From Camelus ferus (Eukaryota), in the NCBI RefSeq assembly GCF_009834535.1, contig NC_045696.1:96288001-96352000 (forward strand): 64,000 nucleotides of DNA. The letters are read 5' to 3'. Position 1 is the stretch's first letter, and each line of letters begins with the position of its first letter. The position numbers were made by a program, and so were the translations under genes. The notes beneath the pieces are model-generated. The model saw only the letters and a program-made list of their open reading frames with translations. It ran no database searches and was not told the DNA's origin. Of this stretch, positions 39,258 through 51,848 are shown piece by piece.

Positions 39258-42199
39258 TGTAGAGGCAAGGCGAGGGGAAGCTCTGCTCAACCCGTCACGG
39301 CAAGACTACTTTCTAAAATCAGGATCCAGGCCATTTGGCAGCAGCAAGAGGACCATCACTGAGGAGTCTACGACCAGACAAAAAGCAGCATCACTCGGCT
39401 CTGTATAAGGGGACCCCCAGCCCCTGCACCACAGCAACAGGCACTGATTTCTGTTTGATCTGATGGGTCACTTAATAGCTGTTTGAAGTTAAAAAAGGGG
39501 GTAGGGAGTTGTTTCCCCAAGGAAGCCAAAATACTTGTAAGAGAAAACACTGCCACCAGCCTCCTGAAAAGAGCCAAGGGAAGGGGCCAGGCCACGCAGG
39601 GAAACTCTCCTAGCATTTCCCCCCGCCCCCCCCCCAACATCTCTAACACCAGCCACATCTGCATCAAGACTCCAACTGAAACTCAGCTCTTTACACATCC
39701 ACCCTCGTCTACATGGCTATTAATATTCATCCCTCCACCCACACCACACCTGCAGGCCATCAATCACTAACAGTGGGGACCTAGACAAAACCCAAAGGAT
39801 ATGAGCTCAACACAAAACAGCCAGTCCTATCTCCACACCTGTACCGAGCAGCAGGCACAAAGAGAAGAAAAGGAGATCCTGGCCATAACACCACTCCCTG
39901 GCCTTCACGCGGCATACTCACACCCGTCCTCAGCAGACCCAAACTCAGGCAGGATGCGTCCCCACTTACAGGGTGAGAAGCTGAGGCTGAAGCCTGCAGA
40001 GTGAAATGGTTAAGCGGCCATGTGAGAATCGGGACCCCAACAGACCCAGTGTTCTCCAAGATGGTGAGATCCTCGAGGAGGTCAGTATGAGTCTAACACA
40101 TCGAAACTGGAATCCTGGCTCCCCTTCTTTTGGGTGAAAGGGAGAGACCGCCAACGACCTCACATGCCTGCTGTAAAGAATAAGAGAAAGTCACATGTGA
40201 GGCACTCCGCACGGTAACAGGTATACACTGAGTACTTCAAAAATGGGGCCAGCGCTGTCATTTTCATTACGATCTTCTGTGCAGCCAGCACATACATGCC
40301 CACACCACACACACGTCTGGGTACTCAGTAACTCTCCGATGAAGTGGATGGATGGAAATGTCCAGAGGATGATGGGCCAAACACACGCAGCTCTCAGGGG
40401 GGCCCAACTCCCCTTAAGAACCTCCCTCATCTTTAACCATGAGACAGGCCCTCCTCACCATCTGGAAGTGGGAGAGACCTTGATTCAAATTATATCCAAA
40501 TACACTTAGCATTTATTCCACTCTTATCTAAATAATTGTAGCCCATTAATTCATATTCAAATCCCATTCAAATGCATGACACCCTCCGATATCAAACACC
40601 TGGATGTGGCTCTCAGGAAAAAAAAATTGTAGGAAAACTGCCAGAGCAAAATACTTGAACTTTTAGATCTGCATAAACATAAAGCAGGAAAGGGGACTTA
40701 AGGTGTCAATAGCTGATCCTGCCCAGAACTGTATTTAAGGCAATCTCAGAAGACAGTTTTCTCTTTGGAGCCCCCATTGCTCGGATCAGCCACTGTCCCA
40801 CACAAGTCTTGCACTGTAATTGCATCTTAATATAAAATCTTCCTGTAAATCGTATTTTTCACTTAGTCCTGAATCTCTCCCACTGTGCTAGGTGGTCCGA
40901 GGGCAGAAAAAAATAAATGTGAGCCTTGGTTTCTGTCCTCTAAAGCTAACTGCCCAGTGAACTGCTCATGCTGCCCGCTAACCTGGCTCCTGCGTTCACC
41001 TCCACCCCACACCTAACTATGCCCCGGAGCCCCGAGGGGCGCACGCCTGCAGGAAGACGCGCTGTGCGGCTCCTACCAAAGGCACTGCGGACGTTCCTGG
41101 GGGCCGGGGCTGAGCCAGATGCAGAGAATGTCAGGTAAGCCTGCAGAACACCCTTCCTCCTGCCTGGGAGAGATTGGGGATTTCTCTTTTTTGGTGGTGG
41201 TGGTGGTGATTCTGTTCATTTGTTTACTCGGAAACAGAGAGGCTAAGCCTACAATTTTGAGCTAAGGGAACAAATGTCCGCGAGTTCGCCTCCGAAAATG
41301 CCATCTGAAAGTTAACCTGTTAACACCTCTCAGCCTCCACCCTTTTTATTTTCGGGAGGCTTGCTCAGCCCCACCTCCTCCATGGAGCTCAGCCAACCTT
41401 CCAAGCCATTCTAATGATTAACCAGCCCCAAAACGGCCCGTGAGGAGGTGAATAACAGGTATTGAAGGCAAGATTTAAAGCAGGGGACCAGTGGTATCAA
41501 TCAAAGCCCTCTGAGTCGTCAGACCTTCAAGTAAACCAGTTCACGCCAGAAATCACAAGATGAGTGAGGTGAGTGGGGAGGGGAGTCTGAATATTCATTC
41601 CAATCCAGCAATCAAGTAATCCTAGATAACTGTCACATCACTAAAGGCTGAGCACAAAAATGTGTCTCTGTGAGATGCTCAAGCAACAGGACCGACTACC
41701 ATCCCAGCTGAACAGCGTCCAAGAAACCGACACATTTTCTGCACTCCTCTCTTCTTCATTTCCTTTGACCAATTTGTCACCGACTGCCAATTCTTCTTCT
41801 CCAACCCTATTTAAAGCCCTGATCGGTCGGGCTCTTTTTACTTCATGCTTTGGTTACTACAGCCACCTCCCTCGCAGCCTCCCCGACTCCACTCTCTCCC
41901 CCTCCAGATTTATTAGGCATGAGCTAGTGAGATAAATCTGACAGCAGGACCTCGTGAGCTCATCATCGCCCCCCACGCCCCAATCTGCCAGGACTCCAAG
42001 CCTGATCAGCAGAGGCCCTGCCCCTCTCCCTCTCCTCCCCAACCACTCATCCTACCTTCAGCTCTTTCTTAGGATAGAAAGGTGCAACCTAACCCCACTC
42101 CTGGGGTCCTGCCCCTCACACCCTGCATCCTCCAATGAGACCTCTAAGTATTCCAACCCTCTCTTTTCTGAACTCACGCAGCATTTTTAGCCTCACTAT

Positions 42200-42425
42200 A
42201 TATAGAGTGGAATGGTTATAGCACGGGCTCAGAAGTCCAACTCCAGTTCCATCACTGTGCAGCTCAGTGACCTTAGGCAAGCGAGTGACCCCTCCCCTCC
42301 TCGCCTCAGTTTCTTCATCTGTGAAAAGGAGATAACAGTACCGACCTGAGAGGTGTCTGTGAGGCTGGCATAAAACCAAACACGTAAAGCACTCAGTATC
42401 ACCAATACAATCGGCACTGGCTATC
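42200..42425 (+). mobile_element. MIR
   Basis: gtgaccttaggcaag...gcctcagtttcttcatctgtgaaaaggagataacagtacc...gtaaagcact (MIR core). Confidence 0.85.
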
Positions 42426-42551
42426 CTGATGTCATGAGGCACTTTATACACCGTATAGGTTGTTCCTCGATTTAAAAATAAACAAAAACTAATACGTTAG
42501 TCATCTTTTAAATTGTATGTGCGTCAGTAAACCTGATGTTAATTTCCAGAG

Positions 42552-42784
42552 CAGTGCTCTCAGACTGTAGTCTGAAACTGTGACGGGTTCTCAACAAGAA
42601 TATTGCAGAAATGGAGAGGAAGTGCTTGAAACTTTCATAGCAACTTGATATCGCAGCTACATTCAAGCAGCATTTCATTTTTCTAGTAATTCATTTTTAT
42701 CACACATTTATATCAGTCTGCAACAGATTGAAAATTAATTTTAAAAATACTGGTCCTTCACCACAGATATTTTGAGAAGCACTG
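42552..42784 (-). mobile_element. hAT-Charlie non-autonomous element (MER112-like) with intact 8-bp TSD
   Basis: Ends cagtgctctcaga / tttgagaagcactg; identical 8-bp flanks ttccagag at 42544-42551 and 42785-42792. Confidence 0.85.
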
Positions 42785-44784
42785 TTCCAGAGAGGACAGA
42801 AGCAGACTTCTATTTCTTTTCTACACCCCCACATCCCTGAGTGCAGTGGGAGGCACAGATCAGGTACTAAGTAAATGAAAATATAACTTCAAAAACACTT
42901 CGATTGTTTATTTACTTAAGAGCAGATCTCATAAGAGTCGTTCAAATGTAAACGTCTCCAATTCACAATCTTTTTTTTTCCCAAAAGAAAGAGTTGACAT
43001 TTAGTCTAAAACTGACCGAAGAATAAAAACAGCTCTGACACCAAAAATATTTTCCATACTGTCTACTAGCACAGCACTGTGAAGAGCTTAAAAAAACAAA
43101 GCAAAACAAAAACAAAAAAACAAAACCTAAGCAATGTTAATATTAACCTCCTTCGCAGTACTCAGGAGAAAGATTAATTATTTAGCACTGCCTTGGACAT
43201 AATTTTGACAGAGCCTCTATACCTTTATGTAAACCAGCATCTTAGCAAAAACTTCCAGTGACACTTCAGACAAAATACATTTTTGTTAGTTCTTCACGGC
43301 TGCCAGTGCCTTAAATGGTCCTAATCGCAACAACCTCATTAGATTAATCCATGAATGAAACGGCTGGAAAAGGAAAGCCGCAAATTCCACCAAATTTTAA
43401 TTGACAACAAGGCAGCATTTGCATCGCTGAGCTGTGGCACGCTCGATGCAGGCTGCAGGCTGAGTTTCTTCTTGCCTAGGAAAACCTTTGCATGTTCAAA
43501 CTGACTCTGGAAATCGTCGTAGGAAATTCAAGGTAGACAGGGAGTCCTGGATAAGTCCTAGCTCCTCTCCTTTCTGAGGCAGCAATTGATAACACCAAGG
43601 TGTCACTCCCCAGGGGACTTCAGTCCCCTGGCCCCAGGACGAAGCCAGCCTTGCTCCAGCAGACGGTAGTTCTCTCTCCAGCACTTCTCATCTCTTCCTC
43701 TTCCTCAACAGCCCCCAAAATCTACAGACACATTCAAGTTTATGATTCAAACGCTCTTGCTGTACTGAACTATCTGCAATTCCTCCAGAGATCGTGTCTC
43801 ATTTTCTGTCTCTATGCCTGTGCTGATACCCTCTGCCCAGGAGGCTTTGTCACTTGAAAAACATTCTGAAGACTTTTCTAATCCTCAAGAGAGCTGACTC
43901 CTCCCTCAATGGTTCCCACCACCCCAACTGAACCTCTTAATGATTTCAGTGCTCTGAACACAGAAATACTATCCCTCCACTCAAAGTTCCTCAAGGGTGA
44001 GAACCATGTCTTACACTTGCTGGCAATCCCCATGCCCTGTACAGGGCTTCTAAGAACCACTTGCTAATAATGACTGCCTGATTACCAGGCCCATCAATGA
44101 ATGTTTATTTAATCCCTATCATATCCCAGACCCTTTCTTTGCCTCCGGTTAACAATGAGGGATAAAAAGGATATGGTCCTTGCTTCGTAACTTAATGCTG
44201 GTTGGAGGACAAGAGCAGCTAGCAAAGAAATCAAACACAAACCGCTGAGTGCTAAGGAGCAAACCGTCAGGTTGCAGGGACAAAGAGCAGACAACCAGGC
44301 AGCAGGAAGCACTTGGACGCGCAAAGGTCATGAAGAAGGAAACTGCCAATCTGAGAGGAGGCCCCTGGAGATGACAGCCCTCCTTTGGACCACTCATCAC
44401 CCCAACACCTATCTCCCTGACAACTGCCCTCCTCGGAGGCCCTGCTGCCAGGATCCAGGAAGCCCAGCCCTGGGAAGTTCCATCCTCAGAGTCTGCCTGC
44501 TCCTCCATCTCTCTGTTCACTCTCAACAGGTCATCACAGCCACGACCTCAGTTATCCATGCACGTATCACACCCAAATCCAGATTTCTACTACTCCTGTA
44601 CAGTTCAATCAGGATTCCCCAGATGCATCTCAAGCTGAAAATATTCAGAACTGAACTCATTCTCTCCCCACCTTACCCATTCCTGGAAAAAAACTAAACA
44701 AGTTCTTTTGTTCCCAGTGTTAGTTTGGGGACAACCATCAATCTACCTACCCAACTGTGTGAGCCAGTGTTCATGTCCAAGATC

Positions 44785-45167
44785 CCTCTGGTTCCCAAGA
44801 ACTTTCCAACTACATATCTGTGAGGCCAAATTTTCTACATATTCTTCAACCAAAACAACATACTGTGATAGACTAAATGTAGAACTAGATATGAAAAACT
44901 AGACATTAAGGAGATTTGCAAAAATGTAAAATAATGCCACTCCTTCCATTATTTTTTGTTTGAAAAAAGCTATTGTTCATTAAAGAAAACATTTTAAATA
45001 TAAAATTGGTTTATTATTTTCAAATGAATATGTATTTCTAAAATTTCTCATGTCTAATTTCTAATACAGTAAATACTGAGATATAACTTATATAAAAGCA
45101 CTATGGGATCCACAAAAATGTTTAAGATTATAAAGGAGTCTAAGATCAGATACTGTGGGAACCACTG
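44785..45167. mobile_element. hAT-Charlie (Charlie1-like) deletion derivative
   Basis: tggttcccaa...tgggaaccactg ends; ttcaaccaaaacaacata, agacattaaggagatttgcaaaaatgtaaaa.aatgccact. Confidence 0.75.
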
Positions 45168-45291
45168 GCTTGAGCTAATACTATTGGTACATCCTTGCAC
45201 TCACCCCTCTGACCTTACACATCCACTCTGTCAATTCTGCTATCCTGATAACCTTCCTCCTAAATCCTCTCCTCCTCTTTCTAACCAAGCC

Positions 45292-45732
45292 CTGCAGACC
45301 AAAAGGACCCACAAAAGATATCCTGATCAAATCCTGAAACCTGTGAATGTTATTTTATTTGGAAAAAGGGCCTTTACAGATGTAATTAAGTTAAAGATCC
45401 TGAGATGAGATTATCCTGGATTATGCAGGTAGGCCCTAAATCTATTAACAAGAGTCCTTATAAGGCACACACAGAGAAGAACAGACACCCAGAGAAGAAA
45501 GCCACGTGAAGACACAGGCAGAAATAAGACAGATGTGGCCACCAGGAAGCCACAGAATGCCCGGCACCACCAGAGGCTGGATGAGGAAAGGAAACGCTCT
45601 CCCCAGGGCTCCAGAGGGAGTGCAGCCTGACCTGCACCCCCGGACGGCTGGCCTCCAGAGCGGCGAGAGAAGACTTTTCCGTTGTTTCAGGTCTGTGGTA
45701 ACTTGTTACGGCAGCCATGAGAAACTAACACA
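45292..45732 (+). mobile_element. ERVL-MaLR solo LTR (MLT1C/D-like)
   Basis: acctgtgaatgtta..tggaaaaagggcctttacagatgtaattaagttaaagat, gagattatcctggattat, tgtggtaacttgttacggcagc..gaaactaacaca. Confidence 0.9.
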
Positions 45733-46242
45733 CCGACGCCCAGGCCTGGAACGTCAGCGACCACACCCAGCTAGTGAGGCTTTTTGACTCAACATGACCC
45801 TCTGAGGCACTGTCCCCTCAAACTGTGACCCTTGGTCATCTTAAATCTCACTCCCACGATGCCCTTAAGCAGTACCTCATGGCTTCTACCAGAATATCCC
45901 AATGCCTCCACACAGCGCACAAAGGACCCCATAACTGAACCCCGCCTTTCCTTCCCACTCCAACCCGGCTCCCCCCTGCACACCCCACACTGCACCTCAG
46001 GCCCACAGCACACCCCAAGCTCCTTCTGGCCTGCTCCCTCTTCCCGGAAGGAGCCACCTTCTACATCTTCAACTCCATCCACTCCTACGCATCCTCCAAG
46101 TCCAGGACTCAAAAATCTCTTCCTCTAGAGGTCCTGTCAAAAAGTGGGTCACTCCCTCTTGCCTCCACGACACACTGCACATTCCTCTCAGAGAATCTGA
46201 AACATTGTACTCCTTATTTACAGGTCTCGCACTCCCGCCACA

Positions 46243-46469
46243 CACGGGTTTCTCAACCTGGGAACCACTGACACATGAGGCCAGACAATCCTTTGTTGTG
46301 GGGGGCCGTCAGGAGTCCTAGAGAATGTTAGCAACGTCCCCTGGATTATGCCTATTAGGTGCCAGCAGCAGCTGATTCACATGCACACACACACACGAGT
46401 TGCAACAACCCAAAATGTCTTCAAACTGCCAATGTCCCCGGGCTGACCACCCCCAGATGAAAACCAGTG
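46243..46469. mobile_element. MER20 hAT-Charlie MITE
   Basis: gtttctcaacctgg..cactgaca...ggccagacaat.ctttgttgtggggg...acaacccaaaatgtct...gaaaaccagtg. Confidence 0.85.
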
Positions 46470-47584
46470 ATCTGTATTGAAGTCTTCAGGGGCCCAGGAC
46501 TATATCCTGCGCTCTTCGCATTTGTTTACTCTTTCATTCATAAAAGACATTTTGAGTCCGAAGTATGGGCCAGGCTCTGTGCTCAAAGGCAGGGACACAG
46601 TAGGAAATACAAGACTTAAGCCCCATCCTCATGAAGCCACAGCTGGCAGTGTCTACAAGGTGCTCAGCAGCAGTGACTGAAGGATGGAATCAGCTTGGTG
46701 TGGGTAACAGTGATGCTTCCCTCGGAACACCACAAGTAAAACCCAGGGGCTCAAATTTTTCTCCTCTTCTCAGGCCCTCGCATCTCCTAAGGGGATCCCT
46801 TTATCATAGCTCCACAAACACCAATGCCGGAGCTGTCTGCGCCAGAAGCCGTGGAGCGGGCTGGGAACCTCCCACCAAACAACAGGGAGACAAGAGTGAG
46901 TATTCTTCCAGAGTATTCTTCCCTCTGCCCCAGAGACACCACACAAGATTCTGGCAAGCTCTGAGAAGACGGAATAAGTGGCAAGCTGAACAGTCCCCAG
47001 CTGTCACAGAGGCACTGGGCGACCTAACATGTGGAGTGGCTCTCATTGCCAGGGCAACACGAGGGTGCCTACCTGAAGCAGAGGCTGTGTACAGAGGGGA
47101 GGACGAGTAAGTTGCAAGAACAAATCAGGGCACATAACTGCTTGGCTGAGATCCGCCTCAACAAGTCACTTCAACCTCCTTGGGACTCAACGTCTGTTTG
47201 CATCCCCTGAGAAAGTCAGAACAACCCATCTCTAAGTTCCCTTCCAGCTCTCAACACACCTAGTTCCCCTCAAAATGGTACAGACCCACAAAACCGCCCT
47301 CTCCAAACAAAACAGAACGGGGCTCTCATCCCTTCCCACCAGAACTCCTTCTGCCAGAAATGGAAATAAATAAAGGAGCCATTTCCACTTCCCCTCAGCT
47401 TCTGACAGGCCCTGGGCAGAAGCCACCACCAAATGGACAAGATGCAGGGGATCTTTACCTTTTGCTAGACTCATGAAGCCAGAGGGTGGGAGAGTCCTGG
47501 GAATGTGTATTCCCTGGGGGGGAAAAAGGCTTACACTGTGAGGATTTGAAGGTGGGGGGCAAAATAAAAATGGGAAGTGCCATG

Positions 47585-48010
47585 ACAACATTAGAATGCT
47601 TTCGGCTACAAGAAATGGACAAATGGTCCGACAACAGTTGAACCATGTGGACATCTCTTGTTTAGTTAACAGGAAATCCAGGGAGAGGTGGTCCCAAGGT
47701 CAGTTCAGTAGCTTAGCAATTTCATAAAGCCACTCAGTCACCTCCACTTTTCATCCATAGGCTGCCTCATGGTCACAAGACAGGTGCCCTAGCTCCAACT
47801 ATCATATCCTCTTTTAATTTCCCAAAGATAGGAAACTAAGGAGCTATCAGGGCATTAAGAAAGGACACTCTCTCCCATGCCTGTATTTTTTCAGCAAGGA
47901 AAAATATTCTTCTCCAGAAGTCACAAAGCAGATTTCCATTAAATCTCTATCCAGAAATAAGTCACATGTTTACTCCAAACTACAAGAGAGGCTAGGAAAG
48001 TGAGGATCTG
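47585..48010 (-). mobile_element. Old MaLR LTR (MLT1J/K/L-like)
   Basis: ctgcctcatggtcacaaga..ggtgcc.tagctcca, gtcacatg...aactacaagagaggctaggaaagtga. Confidence 0.6.
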
Positions 48011-48122
48011 GCTTAAAAAAAAAATTTGGGGGGGGTGGGGGGTAGGGGGGAAGCGGGTAGGAGAAACCGGGGATAAGAATGACAATGAAGCAGCCAATGT
48101 CTCTGGCACATACAACTGTCCC

Positions 48123-48330
48123 CAGCACTGTGCCGGTAAGTGTTTAATAATCAGCTTTCCAAAAAAACTAGAACAAAACAAAAACCCCTCATCTGGAGCA
48201 TTTGCCAATTTCCTTGGTGTAAATACTTCCATTGTGCCAGATTTCAGGCTACCAGCGTGACGTTAATCAGCTCACAAAATTCCTAAAATTCTAATAATCA
48301 GCTGGTACAAGCTTGCTCTGGTACGCCACT
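48123..48330. mobile_element. MER63-like hAT element
   Basis: tgtgccggtaagtgtttaataa, gcatttgccaatttcc.tggtgtaaatact, ctcacaaaattcct.aaa...cgccactg. Confidence 0.7.
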
Positions 48331-49940
48331 GAATTTACACCTCACATCTGGTAACAAAATGAAGCTTACAGTGCACCTTCACATTTAAAACACTCTAGAT
48401 GATGAGGTATAGTTCTCCCCAGATCACAGGCGAAGAAAATGGCACAGCGCCCCAAACCACACAGCCCAAGCGGCAGAGCTGGAACGCTCACGTACTGACC
48501 CTGACCCCCCCACCACCACACCATGAGTGCCTGCACCACACCCTCAAGATCCCTCTGCCTAAACCTTGGCTAAAAGCGCTCTCACTTGGTTTGGAACCAA
48601 CAAAGAGCCTTTCCTATCAACCCAATCAAAGTTACCTAATAATTATTCTTTAAGTTACTTCCTCTAATGACAATGGCAGTGCACACTTACTGTTACAGGG
48701 CAGAATACAGATTAGTACAAAAAAGAAAATAAAAATCACCCCTAAACCCATCCTCAAGAGACAGCACCTGTCTGCATGCGGGTGATCATCCTTCCAGGTT
48801 ATGCAGACATATATGTTTCTTAAAAAGAAATCACACTGTTTCGTAACATGACTTTTTTTCTTTTTAATGTGAATTTTCCAAAACAGAAGTAGAGAGGACA
48901 GTATAATAAACTCCCTTGTCGCCATCCCCCAGCTCCAGAAGTTATCTAAAGACAAACTACAAGTCCAAAGGTGTCCATGTTCCCTTCTCAGGGAGGGCTG
49001 TGTAAGAGCGCCTCCCTCAGGACCTCCCTTGGATCTCTTCCCTGCCCCCACCCAGGGCCTTTCCCTCTCAGACTCGGAGGTCAGCCCTGCTGCAGGCTGA
49101 GTCCCCCAGCTCCCTGTATCACATTGCTCAGAGAACACTGGGAAAGGGAACCTTCCATCATGTTCACTCTCCTTATGGATTCCTCCACCTTCTCTAACCC
49201 CTGCCCAGTCTGTCAAGAAGCCTCACAACTGGGGTTCAGAACCTCATTAAAGGAGCGGTTCAGGAGAAATACATCCCAACTTTTCGGAGCTTCCAACTTC
49301 CCCTTACTCCATTCTCCTACTCCTGCTCTGTCATCACACCCACGAGAGGCCCTGCTAACTGGTTCAACTAAAATCCCAGGACTCCGGTCAGCCTCTTCTC
49401 CTAGTTAGGGCCCACCCAAGGCAGTCTGCCTTCCAGACCTCACTTCCTGGTCCTCCAGCTTCCTAAGGAATCACATTTTGTCTCTTCAGGGGCCAGCCTG
49501 AGTGAAACATCCAACAGGCTAAAGGATGGTGGCTGCACCCCAGAGAAACAGCTTGTCCTGAGCCTCCAAAGAGCCGAGCTGAGAGCCCAGGCCCGCGACA
49601 GAACATAAAACTCTGTAGGCCAGAACAAGTTCAAAGAACATGCTCATGGGGCAAATCAAGAGCTGCCCCACTACGCCCCATTTTAGCCAAGTGCACGCAG
49701 AAGGGAGCTGTGGATATTTCAAGCCCAAGGCACGCAGAGCTGATAGAAAACCAGGCTGGGAACCACAGGCATCAGAACACAACTTCAGAGGGGCAAGTTG
49801 CTAAACGCATTTGCACTATGTGAATACTCTGAATAGCACATTTGTCTGAAGACTCCAACACATCGAGTGGGGGGAGCAGGGAGGCATAAAGGGGATTTGG
49901 GTTTACAAAAGTCCTCTAGAGGTAAAGACACAAACTCAAG

Positions 49941-50122
49941 CAGTGGTTCTCAAAACCTCGTGTGTTTAGGAATCACCTAGAAAGTGTGTTTAAAATGCAA
50001 ATTCCTCAACTTCCTTCCCAGAAATTCTGACTCAGCAGGTCTTGGGTGGAGGCAGGGCATTACGGCATTTTTAACAAGCATTTTTGACAATGCTGCTGCA
50101 GGTGTTGGCAGATCCTGAGAAA
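49941..50122. mobile_element. MER5-like MITE
   Basis: cagtggttctcaaa start; gaatcacct, aaaatgcaaattcct, attctgactcagcaggtct, gcatttttaacaagc. Confidence 0.8.
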
Positions 50123-50629
50123 TGAGAGCCACCTGAGCTCCACTGCCTCAACTACAAAGTTTAGGTGGCAGCACTCCTGTCAGCAGCCGGAAGAAGCATG
50201 GCCTCTAACCCAGTGCTTCTTACACTGGTTCTGGCCTAAGGTCTCAGAAGGCAGAAGTTAAATACACAGATGTCCCTCCAGAACCCTGCTATTCAAGGAG
50301 GTCCAGGATGGGGCCCTGGGGCCAGCCAACTCCTCCCTGAGGGAAGCTTGCTCCCTAACCATCTCTGTCTTTTGGTTCCCCCAGGCAATTGGTCAACCTG
50401 TCCTCTCTTCCTGGCACCTTCAACATCCTCCCTCTCAAAGATAATTAAGAAACAAAATTTCACCTCCCCTCACCCCACGTCCCCAGCTGTCTCTAAAACA
50501 AGCATTTAATGTTTTAAGAGTTTTAGATGCCTACAAGAAAACAGGCATTGTTACTAAAATAAAACAAGCATTAGGACAGTTAAATGTTATAAATACTCAC
50601 AATTGCTCATTAAGAGTTCTTTCTGCATT

Positions 50630-51130
50630 TTATTAACTTCTTCAAGAACTATTTACTGAGCATCTAGTCTCATCCCAGGTACTAGGCAGTTCACAACTGT
50701 GAAGGCCAGACAAGCCCCTGTTCTCATGCAGCTTACATCCCAGTGTGGAACACAGACCAGAGAGAGAATAAGGATCCTAGAAAGGGGAGTTTCTGACAGT
50801 GACAAGCACTACAAAACATAGTAACACAAGATAATGAACGAACAAGGATGAGAGAAGATGGATTATCAGGTCTGCCTCCATGCCAGGGAGTCCCTAAAAG
50901 TAAATGACAGGAAACACGACTGCAGGGACAGGAACCCAGTCATGAAGGAGCTGGGCCGGCTAGAAGGAGAGGTGGCCTGTGGTCCCACTGCACAGCCAGG
51001 AGGTGGCTGAGCAAGTCAGGAAGCAGCAACTCAAAAGTCCCTGCCCTCAGATCAGAGGCCATATCTCCAAAAGCAGGGTCTTGTGGATGTTATTCTAAGT
51101 ACAATGGGCAGCCTGGGATCATTTAACGAG
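50630..51130 (-). mobile_element. L2 fragment
   Basis: tatttactgagcatcta...cccctgttctcatgcagcttacatcccagtg...ttattctaagtacaatggg. Confidence 0.7.
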
Positions 51131-51597
51131 GGAGGGGTCATATTAATAGTAGCTGACGCGTGCCATCTGTGTGCCAAGTCTCATCTTCCCAGCAACCCCA
51201 TGAGGTAGGAACAAACATGAACCCCATTCCACATGACCAATCTAAGTCAAGCAGGCAGTAAGTGATGGAGCCTAGCACGCAAAGCCACAGGCAGTGGCTG
51301 TGGAAATGAGCGAGGGCTGGACAGGTGGGACCTCTAAGGCCAACGTAGGGCACCTGAGTTTTATTCCAAGCATAGTGGAAAGTCACTGGGGCGGGGCTGA
51401 TATTCCTGACTCACTGTCTTAAATCTGAGCTCAGAGAGGGCACAACTTCAGGGGAAAAGTGCACCAAAGCCTGGCCAAGCTGGCTGTTCAACCAAACTAC
51501 TGCAACTGTAGGTGCACAAAGATATCTAATCCTGTCCTGCCTGGGTTGAGAAGAACTCCCTAGCTCCTGCAGAACTGGACGCCTTCTTCTCTCTAGC

Positions 51598-51750
51598 TCA
51601 GGGATCTCAAGGCAGGGCCCTGGACCAGCAGCAGCAGATCATCTGGGATCTTGTTAGAAATGCAAATTATGGGGCCCCACTTCAGCCTTACTGAATCTGA
51701 AAAACCCAGTCATCTGTGTCTACCAAGCCCTACAGGTGTGTCCAGTTTGA
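51598..51750. mobile_element. MER5A-like MITE fragment
   Basis: ggccctggaccagcagca...ctgggatcttgttagaaatgcaaatt..gggcccca...tactgaatc. Confidence 0.75.
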
Positions 51751-51829
51751 CACATTATCTACAAGCAGACACCCCCCCCCACCCCGCCGCAAGTCATGCT
51801 CTACTTGTCCTCGGGCAGCCTCCGCACTG

Positions 51830-51848
51830 AGCCCTGCTGGTGGCGCTC
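51830..51848 (+). promoter_or_regulatory. Candidate CTCF site
   Basis: agccctgctggtggcgctc fits the CCASYAGRKGGCRS core except at two positions; local CpG retention. Confidence 0.45.
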
